This document shows, piece after piece, positions 36,005 through 46,577 of a DNA stretch of 51,987 bases (positions are counted from its first letter, which is position 1; the number at the start of each line of letters is the position of its first letter). The position numbers and the translations under genes are program-made. The notes beneath the pieces were generated by a model. That model worked only from the letters and a program-made list of their open reading frames with translations. It was not told the DNA's origin and ran no database searches. Source of the stretch: a virus (lineage: Duplodnaviria > Heunggongvirae > Uroviricota > Caudoviricetes); the IMG/VR virus record IMGVR_UViG_3300005323_000037, positions 1 to 51,987 of that record. One strand, written 5' to 3'.

Positions 36005-36630
36005 TACAGTTTCTCCATAACCTTACACACTCTAGCATAATCAATCGGCGCGTAATGCGTACAGTCAACTCCTACATCCATTACTTTACCTGCTCCGATA
36101 TAGTTGCCATGCGAATGTCCATGTAAATGCCACGAGCCATGATATTTCCGATCCCAATCTCCTTGCGGGAAATGGCTCAGTGCAATGTATTGAAACTCTG
36201 CATTTCTCTCAGTAGTCTTGATGCCAATAGTGGGCATCTGCTCAATGATGCTAACCAAATAGCCATCCATAGATGTAATGGTTTGCGCCACCTTTTCCAT
36301 CTCTCGATAATCGCCCACTTTCATGTGGCTAGCATAAGCAGTTGCTATACCCATCTCGGCTAGCCACTGTTTATCATGATGCTTTGGATAACCTAGTACA
36401 TATATCCTACCATGCACGCTCTTGAAGAACTGTTTAGCCGCGCTTATGCCGCCTAGTGTAACATCGGCTAGATGAAATACAATATCAGATGGACTGACTA
36501 CTGCGTTCCAGTTATCCACTAACTGTCTATTCATTTCAGCGGCGTTAGCAAATGGTCGGTTACAATACTTGATAATATTTGCATGTGAGTAATGCGTATC
36601 CGCGGTGAAAAACACATTCGTGGCTGCCAT
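36004..36630 (-). CDS. calcineurin-like metallophosphoesterase (variant motifs)
   Basis: FTADTHYSH, HLADV, LSHFP, HLHGHSH, DVGVD; GAGGAA SD at 36630. Confidence 0.85.
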   Translation of the reverse strand: MAATNVFFTADTHYSHANIIKYCNRPFANAAEMNRQLVDNWNAVVSPSDIVFHLADVTLGGISAAKQFFKSVHGRIYVLGYPKHHDKQWLAEMGIATAYASHMKVGDYREMEKVAQTITSMDGYLVSIIEQMPTIGIKTTERNAEFQYIALSHFPQGDWDRKYHGSWHLHGHSHGNYIGAGKVMDVGVDCTHYAPIDYARVCKVMEKL

Positions 36631-36670
36631 TTCCTCATTGTCGCTATTGATGTCTACAATGTACAAAGTA

Positions 36671-37573
36671 TCATCCTTCTGAACTAGAAACGATTTCTCG
36701 CCACTGTAGCCCCAAGATCGTGGGTGTACCAGTCGATATAACTAGATTGCTGCTCGGATATAGTGTACTGTATGATGAGAACCAGGCCCAAGATTTGATA
36801 TAGTCGCGTTCTGCAAACCGATCCTCATACTCGCACATAGTGTCGAGTAGCTTATCATTCTTGTGCCAGTACAATGCTGTTAGTGCGCCATACTCACTGA
36901 CTACAAAGCCTTGCCCGAATGCGCCAGCTTGCTCTAGCTTACTCTTAGCTACTGCTAGATTATCTAGCTGCTCGTTGACATAAGATGGACTATAAACGTC
37001 ATCTTTCCAGACTGCATTATTATTGTAGACGTGCACATGCCAGCCCGCGCAAGGCCAATCTACATTGTATGTGCTATTCCATGCGTTGAATAAATCAAGC
37101 ATATAGTCTACACGATGAATCTGACAACCGCCAACATAGATCGGTCCCTTCCACGGGCGATTGCCACTGATGCCGGTTTGTACAAGCCTGATCCGCTTGA
37201 TTGCTTCAGCTACTATGAGATTAGATTGATCATTGCGTTCTGGTTCGTTGAAAAGCAAAATGGGCCTACCATCATTGTAAGCCCAGTGCTCGGTGTATAC
37301 GTCTTTGTATACCATTGGAATATAGTTGCTACCAATACCCTTGTAATGCCAGTCGTAATACCAATAGTTAGCTATACCAGATGTAAGCCGATCGGTAAGG
37401 TGTGTATTCTGAGTTGGCCTACCAAAGCCATGCTTAGGCCAGATGTATGGTCCGCCCGCGTTATGGCTAATCAGTGGCATGAAGGCATACTTGTAATCGA
37501 CTGCTCGATTGACTGCAATACCTTCAGCGAATTTCTTACGGCGCATTTGTCTCACTCTTACAGAGTAGATCAT
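36671..37573 (-). CDS. glycoside hydrolase, Glyco_hydro_cc/GH128-like
   Basis: WYYDW...YIPMV, LLFNEPE..DQSN, HVHVY, VVSEYG, WAWF; start uncertain. Confidence 0.75.
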   Translation of the reverse strand: MIYSVRVRQMRRKKFAEGIAVNRAVDYKYAFMPLISHNAGGPYIWPKHGFGRPTQNTHLTDRLTSGIANYWYYDWHYKGIGSNYIPMVYKDVYTEHWAYNDGRPILLFNEPERNDQSNLIVAEAIKRIRLVQTGISGNRPWKGPIYVGGCQIHRVDYMLDLFNAWNSTYNVDWPCAGWHVHVYNNNAVWKDDVYSPSYVNEQLDNLAVAKSKLEQAGAFGQGFVVSEYGALTALYWHKNDKLLDTMCEYEDRFAERDYIKSWAWFSSYSTLYPSSNLVISTGTPTILGLQWREIVSSSEG

Positions 37574-37874
37574 CGAGCCAATAGTCAGTCTCGCTATTAG
37601 CTAGATCAATCATGCTTAGTGGATAATAGCCACGATTATTGGAAAGCCAGCAAGCGCGCTCATAATACCAGCGCGTATGTCGATTATACCAACGGCTCTT
37701 ATCGCAAGCATACTCTACTACATACAGTGGCTCGCCAGTCTTAGAGCTAAACGTATGCGTTGACTTGATATGAACAGTTAGTTGCTTACCGCAAACATCG
37801 CAGTAATACTTATGTAAAGTAAGTTTATTCTCACCCTCAATTACATCCCTGCCATGCTCGTCCATATACGCCAT
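37536..37874 (-). CDS. zinc-ribbon protein
   Basis: YYCDVCG...YACDK; TAATG-coupled start 37874. Confidence 0.6.
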   Translation of the reverse strand: MAYMDEHGRDVIEGENKLTLHKYYCDVCGKQLTVHIKSTHTFSSKTGEPLYVVEYACDKSRWYNRHTRWYYERACWLSNNRGYYPLSMIDLANSETDYWLDDLLCKSETNAP

Positions 37875-39094
37875 TAGTACACCTCTACTGTAATGTGATT
37901 CAAATCCCAATCTCCCTCTTTAGTATACACAAATCCTAATGCGTGTCCTTGCAACACCCAACCATCTACATGTAGTTCATCGGTTAGCCTCACTCCTAGT
38001 CCGGCCTCGTCCGCTTTGACCGACAATGCATATGTAGGAGTATACGGCACTTTCAGTACTTCTGCAAGTTTCTGCCGCATAGTCTCAATTGGCGGTTCAG
38101 TAGACGGAACGACCACTACTGGCGGCTCAGGAGTAGGAATGAATACATTTGGTACAGGCAAGCTGGAAAAGTCTGGCGCGGCGATATAGCCAGTCTTCTC
38201 AACGCGCTTCCACCAGGCATTGAGAAATGTCTGATCTTTCAGATTGAATTGTTCCCAGTGTGGACTACCAATATCATATGTAAATGGCATGATACAGTAT
38301 ATCCTACCATCATCGTAGCAGATTTGGGCGTATTCAAATAACTCATCAACATACCTGGCTGCTTTAGCATCATTAGTGCCTAGTGGCAGCGATCGCCAGC
38401 CGCCATATGAGGTTCCAGTTACACCAGTGTCGATGCCGGTTTCGGTAATCAGTATCGGTACATCATATGGGCATTGCTTATATCTGCCGGCCCACCAAGT
38501 CCAATTCTCCTTGACTCCAGTAAGCGCCCAGTATTCATGCAGCCCAAGAAAGTCCCCAGTACGCATTTCACTGATTGCATCTTCAAAGAAGCTCCACTGT
38601 ACAGCCGCGCCAATACCGCCACCATTACCAGGCCAGCCAACACCAAAGTTGCCGATAACGCCATTGCAATTGATGTTATGTAAATTAGATAGAAAGCGCT
38701 TATAATAACGATTGACTATTGCAGGTGATTCGCCAGCCCATAGCTGCGGCTCATTCAGTCCTTCAAATAGCAGCCTGCTTTTTGGTATACCATTCGCTTC
38801 ACAGTATGTCATCATGCTATAGCACATCTGAGCATGCTGATCGCCAAATGATTCCGGGTTACGAATAAAATCTGGCGATGAGCGCTGGTCATTTAGCTCG
38901 GACATGGGATGATGCCGAATAAGTAGCTTGGAATTAGCTGGCACATCTTCTAGATATGGAATCTTGACATCAGTAGTTACCAGCTTGAATACCGCGGGAT
39001 TCCAGGATTTGAATGTAACCTTATCGGTACTATCTCGATGTGTTGGTATCCAGTGAATGCCGCATATATTTGCTACCAAATTAGTTACCCTCAC
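37874..39094 (-). CDS. clan GH-A-like glycoside hydrolase with C-terminal cell-wall-binding-like domain (candidate endolysin)
   Basis: EGLNEP, GLHEYW, ILITETG; Pro-rich linker then a small domain. Confidence 0.65.
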   Translation of the reverse strand: MRVTNLVANICGIHWIPTHRDSTDKVTFKSWNPAVFKLVTTDVKIPYLEDVPANSKLLIRHHPMSELNDQRSSPDFIRNPESFGDQHAQMCYSMMTYCEANGIPKSRLLFEGLNEPQLWAGESPAIVNRYYKRFLSNLHNINCNGVIGNFGVGWPGNGGGIGAAVQWSFFEDAISEMRTGDFLGLHEYWALTGVKENWTWWAGRYKQCPYDVPILITETGIDTGVTGTSYGGWRSLPLGTNDAKAARYVDELFEYAQICYDDGRIYCIMPFTYDIGSPHWEQFNLKDQTFLNAWWKRVEKTGYIAAPDFSSLPVPNVFIPTPEPPVVVVPSTEPPIETMRQKLAEVLKVPYTPTYALSVKADEAGLGVRLTDELHVDGWVLQGHALGFVYTKEGDWDLNHITVEVY

Positions 39095-39302
39095 TTTCTA
39101 TAACCGCGCCAGATGCTACTTCTGATTGAGCGGCCATGTTGATAAGCGCTTGCAAGCCACGCGCTTCACCACTAAGTAGAGTTAACTCTTGCTCTATCCT
39201 AGCAGCATTACTACGTGCCGCGTTCAGCTCACTTGCTAGCGCCTCCATAGTTCGGCTGACCATGTTTAGTCTTGATTCCAATATTTCTTTGCTGATTTGC
39301 AT
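39081..39302 (-). CDS. small coiled-coil protein
   Basis: AAGGAG SD; heptad pattern. Confidence 0.7.
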   Translation of the reverse strand: MQISKEILESRLNMVSRTMEALASELNAARSNAARIEQELTLLSGEARGLQALINMAAQSEVASGAVIESEGN

Positions 39303-39329
39303 ACCGCTTTCTCCTTGTTAGTTTGCTAT

Positions 39330-39340
39330 ATTATATCACA
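39330..39340 (-). promoter_or_regulatory. extended -10 promoter element
   Basis: TGTGATATAAT, same as at 8317-8327 and 35031-35041; no good -35. Confidence 0.5.
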
Positions 39341-39342
39341 TA

Positions 39343-42300
39343 TTATAGAATCGACCAGTTTGCGCCATTAGATATGATTTGCAATTTATCGTACTGACTG
39401 GATAATGATACAGTCGCGCTGCCATCAATTGTTTCACTATTAGACGCCGAAACAACAACTATGCTAGCAGAAACATTCTTGATATGATAGATTCTACCGC
39501 TGATATTAGATGCAGTCGGTAAGGAGATTGTACTCGCACCATTAGCTAGCAGAACATGATCTGATGCCGCTAATGTGTAGTTGCTAGCTTGAGTAGCAAG
39601 GGCAACTATAAGCGATTTGACCTCAATGCCGTTGTAGGTAGTTTTTAGTCCAGTAAATAGCGACCCGCTAGAGCGATATTGGTTTAGCAGCGCGCTAGCA
39701 GTGACCGCAGTATACCAAGAACCATTAGCGGATGGGCTACCAATGTAGTAGCCGTACAGGCTGCCAGTTTGGATATTGCCAGCTTCCACATCCATATACG
39801 ACGATGGTGACGTAGTACCTATACCAAGTCTACCTGAAGCATCAATGCGCATTCTGGCTACATTGCTTGTATAGAACGCTATGAACGAGCTAGCTGCTTG
39901 CAGGATATTCAAACCACCAGTAGCGGCGGTGGCTTGCAAGTTGACATAAGCACCGGCACCTGCGCCATATACATTAGTCGAGAAGTAGGTAGTCGATGTC
40001 TTAGCCTGCAACACCGCTCTTGCTAATGAGCCAGTGCTGACATTCTGTACTATGAATGACCAGTCGGTATTCCTACCAGTCGCATCGCCCAATGTCATGT
40101 TGCCAGAGGCATTGATATTCGCCCTGGATAATCCAGATGTATAGAAGTAAATTGGCGCGCTAGCATTTTGCAAGATATTGAACGCGGTATTATTCTGCGC
40201 GGTCAGATTGACAAAGCCGCCACGAATACCTGGCGCAACTGACATACGTAGGTCGGCACCGCCACTGGCTGGAATACCAGCGAATAGGTGAACGAACGCG
40301 TCTGAGTTGACGTCCTCAGTGCGATTGTAGATTAGTATACCAGTTGGTGAGCCCGCGCTATTACGCTCAATATGTACAAAGTCGTCAGTATTCGATGGCG
40401 ATGTTGCGCCAATACCAAGGCCGTATTGATTGAGGTGTAGCATTGGGCTGCCATTACTGGACACTCTTAGCACACTACTAGATGTAAGCCCGTCTATATC
40501 AAGCATGTAAATCGGACAAGCGGTGTTAATACCAATTGGGCAGCTAGTAGTAACGCCTTTAGTAAACGCCTGTGCGTAATCAGTGGCACCAGTATAGATA
40601 CCAGTAGTTGGTAATGCAACTTTGTTTACAATTCCACTACCGGACACATCGTACACGCTTGTGTCGCTAGTATCGTTTTCGTAATCTATTTCTAGCTTGA
40701 TCTGACCGCTAGCACTCTCGTTGATCGCGCCCATGGCGGAAGCATTGCTAAACACACTCCACGAACTATTCAACACAATAATATCGCCACCATTGCCGGT
40801 CGATGTGTTCCAAGCTAATATATTGCCACTGGCAGATGGATTGGAATTCTTCAAGTGACATTCCATTACCTCAGCATCGCCAGTAGTGCCATCGTGCTTG
40901 ATAATATACGTTTTAGCAGATGCTCCAGTATTTGGATTGCGAGCATAGATAAATGAGTTATAGAAACGCGAGTCGCCACCGCTACCACTGTGTTGAATAG
41001 CATAGGTTGGACCATTAACTGATGTATTAACTACAATATACGTGTTGGTAAAGTATGTAGTATCATTTACTGGCTTACTGATAACTGACACAATGCCAGG
41101 TGACGGATTGTAAATTGTAATGTTTTCAATATGGTTACTGGAATTAGCAACTAGTGAGCCACTGATAGTAGTTGATTTCCAACTTTGTCCAGCAAGCGAT
41201 ACGTAGTCTGGTAGATTTACATCTTCAGTATAAGTGCCAGACTGTACACTGATGTGGTACGGAGCCGAAGCCGCAGCGTTGCTGGCCGCATTAATGGCAA
41301 CAATTGCCTCGTTGATAGTGATGTAATCGCCGGAACTAGCAGCGTCAACTGTGTATACTCTTGCATATGGCGTATAAAAGCGGGTAGTTTGTAGGCTGCC
41401 ATATATATTCACTTTTGGTGAGGCCGAGTTTATGTTGATAATAGTTGAGCCACTACTGGAATAGACACGTATGGCACTGGAACTATCAGTAATAGCTTGC
41501 CAGGAAGGGGCAATAATGCCGTTGGTAAATGTTTGCGGTGAGGCAGTTGCGCCAACTATTGAACCGCTAGCAAGCAAGTAACCTGAATCACTGGCGGACG
41601 GCATAGTATAGCGCGCATCGGCAGTGTCGCGATTGAGAGCATCCATACCAGAGGTGGCTGCGCCAACATAGCGTAGACGATTGCTATTCGCATTGAAATA
41701 GCCTGTTCCCATAGATATCGCGACATCAGACGCGCTCTGTGTAGTAGCGGATATACCAATACCGCCATTGACTACAGTAGTAAACGCGCCCCCTACATTG
41801 CCACCATACGAACTTATACCGGCATAGCTACCAGAAGTTAGTATGCCATAGCTATCGCCAGTAAATTGACCGGCTGGCTCACCACGCGCAACTAGACCGC
41901 GACCACTAGGCTGGTTGGCATACTTATCCCAATCGCAACGGACATAGTTACCCATGGCACTGGCCTCTTCGAGCTGTGCGCCCCAAGCCCAAAGAGTATC
42001 TACATCACCGCTTTCGCGAATAATTCTACAGCCGTATTCGCTACCGTTCACGTCAGTAAATGTACATGGCGCGCTAAATCTTTGCCACGCTGTAGTTACA
42101 TTAACCAATTGCGAAGTGGGTGTGGTAGTATCAAAAATACCGATATGCGCGGTGCCATTGGCAGATGCTTTCAGCCAGACCGAAAACGTTAGCGTTAATG
42201 GTAGATAACTAAATGCCGTCCATAGTGGCCCACCAGATTGCAGCTCTCCAGTAGACGCACTGAATACAATCTTATCAGCAGTTATACTTAGATCGGGTGA

Positions 42301-43497
42301 CTCCGAATCATTTATAGTTATAGTGCAATCAGTCGCTGCCCAACCACTAAGATCTTCTGACGACGATTGAATAATATTGTCGTATGTACCAAAGCCACCA
42401 AATGGCGTAGCAATGGTTCTGCTAGTACCAACTGATTGTACTATACCGTCCGCTGACATGTAGGCGTTGCCACCAGCCCATTTTAGCTTACCATCAGTAT
42501 CTACATACGCCTGAACTACACCGCTGCTATAGCTGGCAAATCTACCAATACCGCTGCTATTCCAAATCTTCAATCCTGTAGTCGGGCTAGCAAACGTGCC
42601 AGTACCCTGATAGATACCGCCGTCCACTCCAATGGTTAGCACGCCCTGAATCTCGCCCGACAGCATATACACGTGTCCGTATACGTTCAGCACGCCATCT
42701 TCCCAGTTCAATCTTTGCGCATCTTCTGGCCTACCAAAGAAGAATGCCGGTGTAGTTGGGCTAGTCTCTGTGCCAGTCAGTAGACTCCAAACTGCTGCAC
42801 CTGAATGGTCTAAGCAGATAACGCCATATCTTTTCTGCTGCTCGCCATCGGTGTTTAGAATTGGATCACCATTTTCATCTACATCTAATATCTCTTTGAT
42901 CTCGATAGCTGGTCCATGCGGTCTACCCCAGCGCTCGAAGCCATAGATAGTTCTACCTGCACCATCAATAGCTGAGATGAGCTCGTCACCATAGTACCAT
43001 TCAGTAGCAGTATCAGTGTAGCGCGACCACGAGTAACCTCGATTGCCTAGTTCCAGATACCCATCTGAGCTAATGACACCGCGCTGATAATCCCCCTTCA
43101 TCATGAATAGATTGCCAGTCGAATAGTCAAACCAGAAGTGCGAACCAGTCGCGTCGCCTAACGTTGCATCGCCCTCACCGAATGTACGCGTGCCAATAGT
43201 AACGTCTGAAGGATACTCAATAATGCCCGATGATGGGCGTACTGCGGCCACAATGCCGTCCGCTGAGTATTCTGACTGTGTTACTGGTCCAGTCGAGCGC
43301 ACACGAATTGTGTCCCCAACATAGTAGACATCAGTTGATCCAATATTGACAGTAATGCCAGCCTGCCCAGCTACAGTGGCAACAATCTTGCCCGTATTAC
43401 GCCCGTCAGCGCGCATTGGTACAGATGTTACTACTCCTACCAGTACGCGCTGCTTGCGCTCATATTTGCTATTCAGTAATTCAGTAACTTTCGACAA
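39343..43497 (-). CDS. large tail fibre/tailspike protein
   Basis: Beta-strand repeats, CBM-like module (TFSVWLKA...WGAQLE), pectin-lyase-like start (GDYITINEAI...GTYTEDV), RMRIDASGRLGIGTTSP motifs, C-terminal TLPTA...IYHIKN domain. Confidence 0.8.
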   Translation of the reverse strand: MSKVTELLNSKYERKQRVLVGVVTSVPMRADGRNTGKIVATVAGQAGITVNIGSTDVYYVGDTIRVRSTGPVTQSEYSADGIVAAVRPSSGIIEYPSDVTIGTRTFGEGDATLGDATGSHFWFDYSTGNLFMMKGDYQRGVISSDGYLELGNRGYSWSRYTDTATEWYYGDELISAIDGAGRTIYGFERWGRPHGPAIEIKEILDVDENGDPILNTDGEQQKRYGVICLDHSGAAVWSLLTGTETSPTTPAFFFGRPEDAQRLNWEDGVLNVYGHVYMLSGEIQGVLTIGVDGGIYQGTGTFASPTTGLKIWNSSGIGRFASYSSGVVQAYVDTDGKLKWAGGNAYMSADGIVQSVGTSRTIATPFGGFGTYDNIIQSSSEDLSGWAATDCTITINDSESPDLSITADKIVFSASTGELQSGGPLWTAFSYLPLTLTFSVWLKASANGTAHIGIFDTTTPTSQLVNVTTAWQRFSAPCTFTDVNGSEYGCRIIRESGDVDTLWAWGAQLEEASAMGNYVRCDWDKYANQPSGRGLVARGEPAGQFTGDSYGILTSGSYAGISSYGGNVGGAFTTVVNGGIGISATTQSASDVAISMGTGYFNANSNRLRYVGAATSGMDALNRDTADARYTMPSASDSGYLLASGSIVGATASPQTFTNGIIAPSWQAITDSSSAIRVYSSSGSTIININSASPKVNIYGSLQTTRFYTPYARVYTVDAASSGDYITINEAIVAINAASNAAASAPYHISVQSGTYTEDVNLPDYVSLAGQSWKSTTISGSLVANSSNHIENITIYNPSPGIVSVISKPVNDTTYFTNTYIVVNTSVNGPTYAIQHSGSGGDSRFYNSFIYARNPNTGASAKTYIIKHDGTTGDAEVMECHLKNSNPSASGNILAWNTSTGNGGDIIVLNSSWSVFSNASAMGAINESASGQIKLEIDYENDTSDTSVYDVSGSGIVNKVALPTTGIYTGATDYAQAFTKGVTTSCPIGINTACPIYMLDIDGLTSSSVLRVSSNGSPMLHLNQYGLGIGATSPSNTDDFVHIERNSAGSPTGILIYNRTEDVNSDAFVHLFAGIPASGGADLRMSVAPGIRGGFVNLTAQNNTAFNILQNASAPIYFYTSGLSRANINASGNMTLGDATGRNTDWSFIVQNVSTGSLARAVLQAKTSTTYFSTNVYGAGAGAYVNLQATAATGGLNILQAASSFIAFYTSNVARMRIDASGRLGIGTTSPSSYMDVEAGNIQTGSLYGYYIGSPSANGSWYTAVTASALLNQYRSSGSLFTGLKTTYNGIEVKSLIVALATQASNYTLAASDHVLLANGASTISLPTASNISGRIYHIKNVSASIVVVSASNSETIDGSATVSLSSQYDKLQIISNGANWSIL

Positions 43498-43515
43498 TGT
43501 TAGCCTCCGTGCGTA

Positions 43516-46500
43516 TTAGTTCACGCGTCCAAGTGTAGGCGGCTGACGATAGTTCCAGTTATCTGAGCCGTTAGGATAACGCGCCATACAGTAGCCAGCA
43601 TTGGACTGGATGTATACACGCTCATCAATTAGTCGGCCATAAGAGTCATATAGCTGAATGCTGCCGGCTGTCGGCATATCAAAGGACGAGCCAAGTGGAT
43701 AGCGATTAGTGCCTACCACATTCATTAGTTGATTGCCGAAGATTACTTTGTAACTACGCGCTTCGATACGTGTAAATCTAGGTAGATAATATGTAGTACC
43801 AATGTAGTCATTCCAAACAATCGACCAGTTTATCAGATTGACCGCATACGAGAGCGGATTGTATAACTCAATTGCGCGATCATCTATATTGACAGAGCCG
43901 TCTAGATTCTCATCGGCAGTTGGATTGACACAGAACTCATTGAATACAATGTTGCTTACTATCGGCGTCGGTGTGGGTGTAGATGTAGACGCGCTAACAG
44001 TTGGCGTAGATGTCGGCGTAGGCGAGTAGCTTGGATTGGCAATCACAATTGTTGTTGGCGTCAGTGTATAAGTAGCAGTAGGCGTGATAGTTACTGGAAA
44101 ATTCCAAGTAATATCTATGTATGGCGCGGTGCCAATACCTACTGCCATCGGGTTATCAAATAGTGCCCACTCATAGCAGCTAGTACAGCTATTGCGCGGG
44201 TAGATGCCAAAGCCATAGTTGGTATCACCGTTGACAACCCAATCATTAATCATCATGGTGACATCAATTTCATTCCAGCCGACTACAAATGTATGGTTGA
44301 CATAAATTTCGCCACGATCAGCGTAGCCTAATGCTCCTGCTATATCCCAAGATAAGTTGCCCTGCGATGTCTCCCAAGTAGTTTCACTAGCATTCCATTG
44401 CGTCATCATTTGATAGATGCGTGCTGAAACGTTATTATCGGCTGCTTGTAAATCACGCACATATATATGTAAAGTGGCAGTAATTGCACTCGCTGACGCA
44501 TATGGTAAAGCAATATTCTTCCAGCGCCAGAGCGATACGTTCTCGGTAGTACCAGAGTTGAATGAGATTGTTTCAAATGGATTATCATCTAGATTAGTAT
44601 CTGGTCTGGCCGCGCTAATTGTAACGCTTTCAACTTCACCGTCTTGATTGCCGCTACCTGCTTCTACAGCAGTCGGAGTAAGTGTAGGCGATGCGCCAGT
44701 GGGAGTGCTAGTAGGAGTTGGCGTTCTAGATGGCGTTGGCGTATAAGTTGGTGTAGGAGACGGAATTCCCGCGGCACCAGCAATACCAGCCCACTCAACC
44801 CAGAACAGGCTAAGATACTCTGCGCCTAGACCAGTATTGATCTTGAATATTGCAGCAGTATCAGATGGCGCCGAAGTACGCGCCCCAGTCACACTCCACT
44901 CCTCGGTTAACCAGGCTAGTGAGTTAGTTTTAGTGATAGTGTGCGTTTGCAATCCGGCTTGATTGTACCAATTAACTGACAGTGTGTCGGTAAGCACGTC
45001 TAAGTAAGTAAGCTTAATATTATAGATTCCAGATATAGTCGCGTATCGCCAATCTTGATCTAGCCCAATATTTACAGTAGTATTAGCTGGATACATAAGA
45101 ACATCATATGATTCAGGCGCAACTGGCGTTTGCAATTTCTGCGCACAATAAGCTGGTGTAGACTGCGGATGGTTGCTAGCAGCAAACGCTTGCGCAGTTT
45201 CATATGGCGACGGGGCGCAGTATATGATCGGCTGCTTGTCCGCGCTTAGATATGTCAGGTGCGTGAATGAACTTGGATAATCCGAATAACCATACTCGTC
45301 GCCAGTACCGCTGAAGTAGCTGACTTTACCATACACTGCGCCTCTAAACTTGACCCATGCGGCTGGGCTGTCATACGCATTTGTGCCTAGTGTCTGCGTA
45401 ATCATGTAGCGCGCTGAATCGGTCAAATATGGAATCGTCCACGGATAGAATTCAATATTACTAGCCTTGTTCGCAATTGCGCTAGCTACCAATTCATAAT
45501 GATAGCCTTCGGCCTCCTGAGTTGGAATACCGGAGCGCACAGGCGGATTGTCATAATGATAGATCGTACCGCCCATCAAGGTCATACGCTGCCCAGTAGC
45601 ATTGATCGACCAGTTAGCTGGCACACCGTATTGCCACGCGTCCTGACGATAGGCTTGATACAGATCATTCTGAAAACCAACATACATAGGCGTAGCTGTA
45701 ACAAGTAATGGTCCAGATGGCGGTGGTCCAGGAGTAGCGGTAGACTTAGCGCTATACTCCATGAATAGCTGATTAGCCTTCCAAGTTGAAGCGTAATTAG
45801 TACAAGGTGGGCCAACCTGCAAGAATGACGGCTTGCTACTCTTACCGAATTCGTCCATCAGCGTGTAGACAAAGTTCAAGTAGGACGCGCAGGAAACTTT
45901 CTTCTCAAAATTAGCCAGCGCTGACGGACAGTCATTATTACCATCAGGCTTGACTGGAATAGTTTCCTCATCTACGCCCGCATTGATTTTGTAGCCTGCC
46001 ACATTAGGATCGCTGTCAAAAGTAGCAATCATTGATTGTACATATTGCTTAGCCCAAGCAATCATAATCGGTGATGAGTAATCAGGCGCAACATCATTAT
46101 GGGTATTACCATCAATACAGACACCCTTGCTATAGCTGACAGTAGGTACACCAGTAGGTAATCTCACCATGTCAGTAGCAACAGGTGTGCCAGAATCATT
46201 GAAGAAGCTGACGCCTAGATATGCTTGCATGCCCTCAGTAGCAATTGCAGCTACTCTAGTCTTAGCTGAAGCCCAGTTAGGTGTAGATGTAATATTAGTC
46301 TGTATATCATAGCCATATTTATCGTACCAGCTAGCTACGGCTAAATCTTCACCATCGTCAGGTGTAGCGCCATAATCCCACAAGATTACACCATGCCGAT
46401 AGCCGATTGGAGTTGGTGTGCCAGTAGGATAAATGTTAGCTGACACACTTGTAGTATTCATTGAGAATACTAGCACTGCCAGTACGGCTACAATGCCAAC

Positions 46501-46557
46501 GCCAACTAGCGCGCCCTTGATGCATCTTTTGAGTAAGCTATCAATCATTTTGTTCAA
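43516..46557 (-). CDS. secreted modular protein: signal peptide, GH-like TIM barrel, beta-sandwich, Thr/Pro linkers, DNRLRE/CBM96-like domain, lamin-tail domain
   Basis: N-terminal hydrophobic signal ending VSA; PTPTYTPTP linkers; ARPDTN...WNASETTW...WNEIDVT; VFNEF...IELYNP...ARYPNG. Confidence 0.75.
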   Translation of the reverse strand: MNKMIDSLLKRCIKGALVGVGIVAVLAVLVFSMNTTSVSANIYPTGTPTPIGYRHGVILWDYGATPDDGEDLAVASWYDKYGYDIQTNITSTPNWASAKTRVAAIATEGMQAYLGVSFFNDSGTPVATDMVRLPTGVPTVSYSKGVCIDGNTHNDVAPDYSSPIMIAWAKQYVQSMIATFDSDPNVAGYKINAGVDEETIPVKPDGNNDCPSALANFEKKVSCASYLNFVYTLMDEFGKSSKPSFLQVGPPCTNYASTWKANQLFMEYSAKSTATPGPPPSGPLLVTATPMYVGFQNDLYQAYRQDAWQYGVPANWSINATGQRMTLMGGTIYHYDNPPVRSGIPTQEAEGYHYELVASAIANKASNIEFYPWTIPYLTDSARYMITQTLGTNAYDSPAAWVKFRGAVYGKVSYFSGTGDEYGYSDYPSSFTHLTYLSADKQPIIYCAPSPYETAQAFAASNHPQSTPAYCAQKLQTPVAPESYDVLMYPANTTVNIGLDQDWRYATISGIYNIKLTYLDVLTDTLSVNWYNQAGLQTHTITKTNSLAWLTEEWSVTGARTSAPSDTAAIFKINTGLGAEYLSLFWVEWAGIAGAAGIPSPTPTYTPTPSRTPTPTSTPTGASPTLTPTAVEAGSGNQDGEVESVTISAARPDTNLDDNPFETISFNSGTTENVSLWRWKNIALPYASASAITATLHIYVRDLQAADNNVSARIYQMMTQWNASETTWETSQGNLSWDIAGALGYADRGEIYVNHTFVVGWNEIDVTMMINDWVVNGDTNYGFGIYPRNSCTSCYEWALFDNPMAVGIGTAPYIDITWNFPVTITPTATYTLTPTTIVIANPSYSPTPTSTPTVSASTSTPTPTPIVSNIVFNEFCVNPTADENLDGSVNIDDRAIELYNPLSYAVNLINWSIVWNDYIGTTYYLPRFTRIEARSYKVIFGNQLMNVVGTNRYPLGSSFDMPTAGSIQLYDSYGRLIDERVYIQSNAGYCMARYPNGSDNWNYRQPPTLGRVN

Positions 46558-46577
46558 ACCATCCTATTCTTGCAACA

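Noticed and set aside
43960-44770. DNA tandem repeats or a diversity-generating target in the Thr/Pro-rich stretches
   Set aside because: Degenerate at the DNA level and explained by protein linkers; no reverse transcriptase or template repeat seen
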